Assembly: GCA_041613315.1 (NCBI GenBank)
Contig: JBFJHJ010000012.1
Coordinates: 1 to 64,000, forward strand
Origin: Gemmatimonadales bacterium
GTDB lineage: Bacteria; Gemmatimonadota; Gemmatimonadetes; Gemmatimonadales; GWC2-71-9
Direction of reading: 5' to 3'
DNA length: 64,000 nt
This document shows, piece by piece, positions 62,924 through 64,000 of this stretch; positions within the stretch are counted from its first letter, which is position 1, and each line of letters begins with the position of its first letter. Below the pieces are notes generated by a model. That model was given only the letters and a program-made list of their open reading frames with translations, was not told the DNA's origin and did no database searches. The translations under genes and the position numbers were made by a program.

Positions 62924-64000
62924 TCAGCCGCTCACCGGCACCGAGGTCGCCAGGCCCGTCACCGCCTCGACCACGATCGCAAACTCGTCATCGGCAATCG
63001 TGCGGACGTCGAACACGAGCCGGTCGTCCTGAACTCGCGCGATGACCGGTGGATCGTGGGCGCGGAGCGCGGCCAGCGCGGCGTCGCAGGAGGAGACGGC
63101 GAGCGTGACGAGCGTGGTCGGCAGGGCCGCCTCCGGGAAGGCGCCGCCGCCCACGGCGGACGAGCCCGGCTCGGTGCCGGCGCCGGGAAGGCGCCGCGCC
63201 AGGCGACGGGCGCGCCGCTTGAGTGCGGCGGGATCGGCGGTCAGCATCTGGAGCGTGGGAATCTCGGCCCGCGCCCGCTCGGGATCTCGGTAGAGCGCCA
63301 ACGTCGCTTCGAGGGCCGCCAGCGTCACCTTGTCCGGCCGTAGCGCCCGCGCCATCGGGTTCCGCGCGGCCTGCCCGACGTGGGACACCGGGCCGACGAT
63401 GATGCCCGCCTGCGGGCCGCCGAGCAGCTTGTCGCCCGAGAAAATGACCGTGGCCCCGGTCGCCACCGCGTCGCGCACGAGCGGCTCGCCCGAGAGGCCG
63501 TAGGCCTCCAGCGAGATCAAGAGCCCGCTCCCCACATCGAACACGGTGGGGAGTCCCCGGGGGCCGCCCAGGCCCACCAATTCCTCGATCGAGGCCTCGG
63601 TGACGAAGCCGCTGAGGCGGAAGTTCGAGCGGTGCACCTTGAGCAGCAGCCGGGTCGTGGGGGCGAGCGCCTGCTCGTAGTCGCGGAGCCGCGTGCGGTT
63701 GGTGGTGCCCACCTCGCGCAGCACGCTGCCGCTCCGCGCCAGGATCTCGGGGAGGCGAAATGCGCCGCCGATCTCCACGAGCTCGCCGCGGGAGACGATC
63801 GTCTCACCGCCGGCCGCCGTCGTGTTGAGGACGAGCATGAGCGCCGCCGCGGCGTTGTTCGCCACGAGCGCGGTCTCCGCGCCGGTCAGCTCCTGCAGGA
63901 GATCGCGCAGGTGGTCCTGGCGCGAGCCGCGCTCTCCCCCCTCGAGATCGTACTCGAGCGTGCAGTACCCGAGCGCGCCCTCCACCGCGCGTCGCGCGGC
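62924..64000 (-). CDS. selA: L-seryl-tRNA(Sec) selenium transferase, 5' end outside window
   Basis: LEYDL..GERGSR, NNAAA, SRGELVEIGG, EVGTTNRT, KVHRSNF, FSGDKLLGGPQAG. Confidence 0.95.
   Translation of the reverse strand, partial: AARRAVEGALGYCTLEYDLEGGERGSRQDHLRDLLQELTGAETALVANNAAAALMLVLNTTAAGGETIVSRGELVEIGGAFRLPEILARSGSVLREVGTTNRTRLRDYEQALAPTTRLLLKVHRSNFRLSGFVTEASIEELVGLGGPRGLPTVFDVGSGLLISLEAYGLSGEPLVRDAVATGATVIFSGDKLLGGPQAGIIVGPVSHVGQAARNPMARALRPDKVTLAALEATLALYRDPERARAEIPTLQMLTADPAALKRRARRLARRLPGAGTEPGSSAVGGGAFPEAALPTTLVTLAVSSCDAALAALRAHDPPVIARVQDDRLVFDVRTIADDEFAIVVEAVTGLATSVPVSG

Overview
High-GC bacterial chromosomal window. Gene content (SusC/SusD pairs, barrel-less TonB plug proteins, SARP-AAA plus Ser/Thr kinase) suggests Gemmatimonadota; this is an inference. 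All family calls come from motif recognition by eye; no searches were run. Left part (1-21.8 kb): a coupled DUF4159-DUF4175-TPR-GATase-like-JAB/DinG-aminotransferase operon; a ChaC-like / degenerate acyl-CoA ligase / tetraether-synthase(Tes, MJ0619)-like radical SAM cluster; gltX; a cobalamin-type radical SAM; and glnS between two tRNA-Ser genes. Middle (22-51 kb): three SusC/SusD pairs with no recognisable CAZymes, accompanied by RCC1-repeat lipoproteins, paralogous small lipoproteins, two plug-only proteins, an FG-GAP/ASPIC lipoprotein, an exported M20 peptidase, a heme c-copper monooxygenase-TPR fusion and DUF3179. Right part: a kinase plus SARP-AAA pair, a CarH/LitR B12 photoreceptor with a visible 11-bp-repeat operator over a DUF378-fasciclin promoter, DUF2723, purH, purN and selA. 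Best candidates for undescribed systems: (1) the Tes-like membrane-spanning-lipid locus, (2) the non-glycan SusCD/RCC1/plug module island, (3) the CarH-controlled fasciclin/DUF378 unit.
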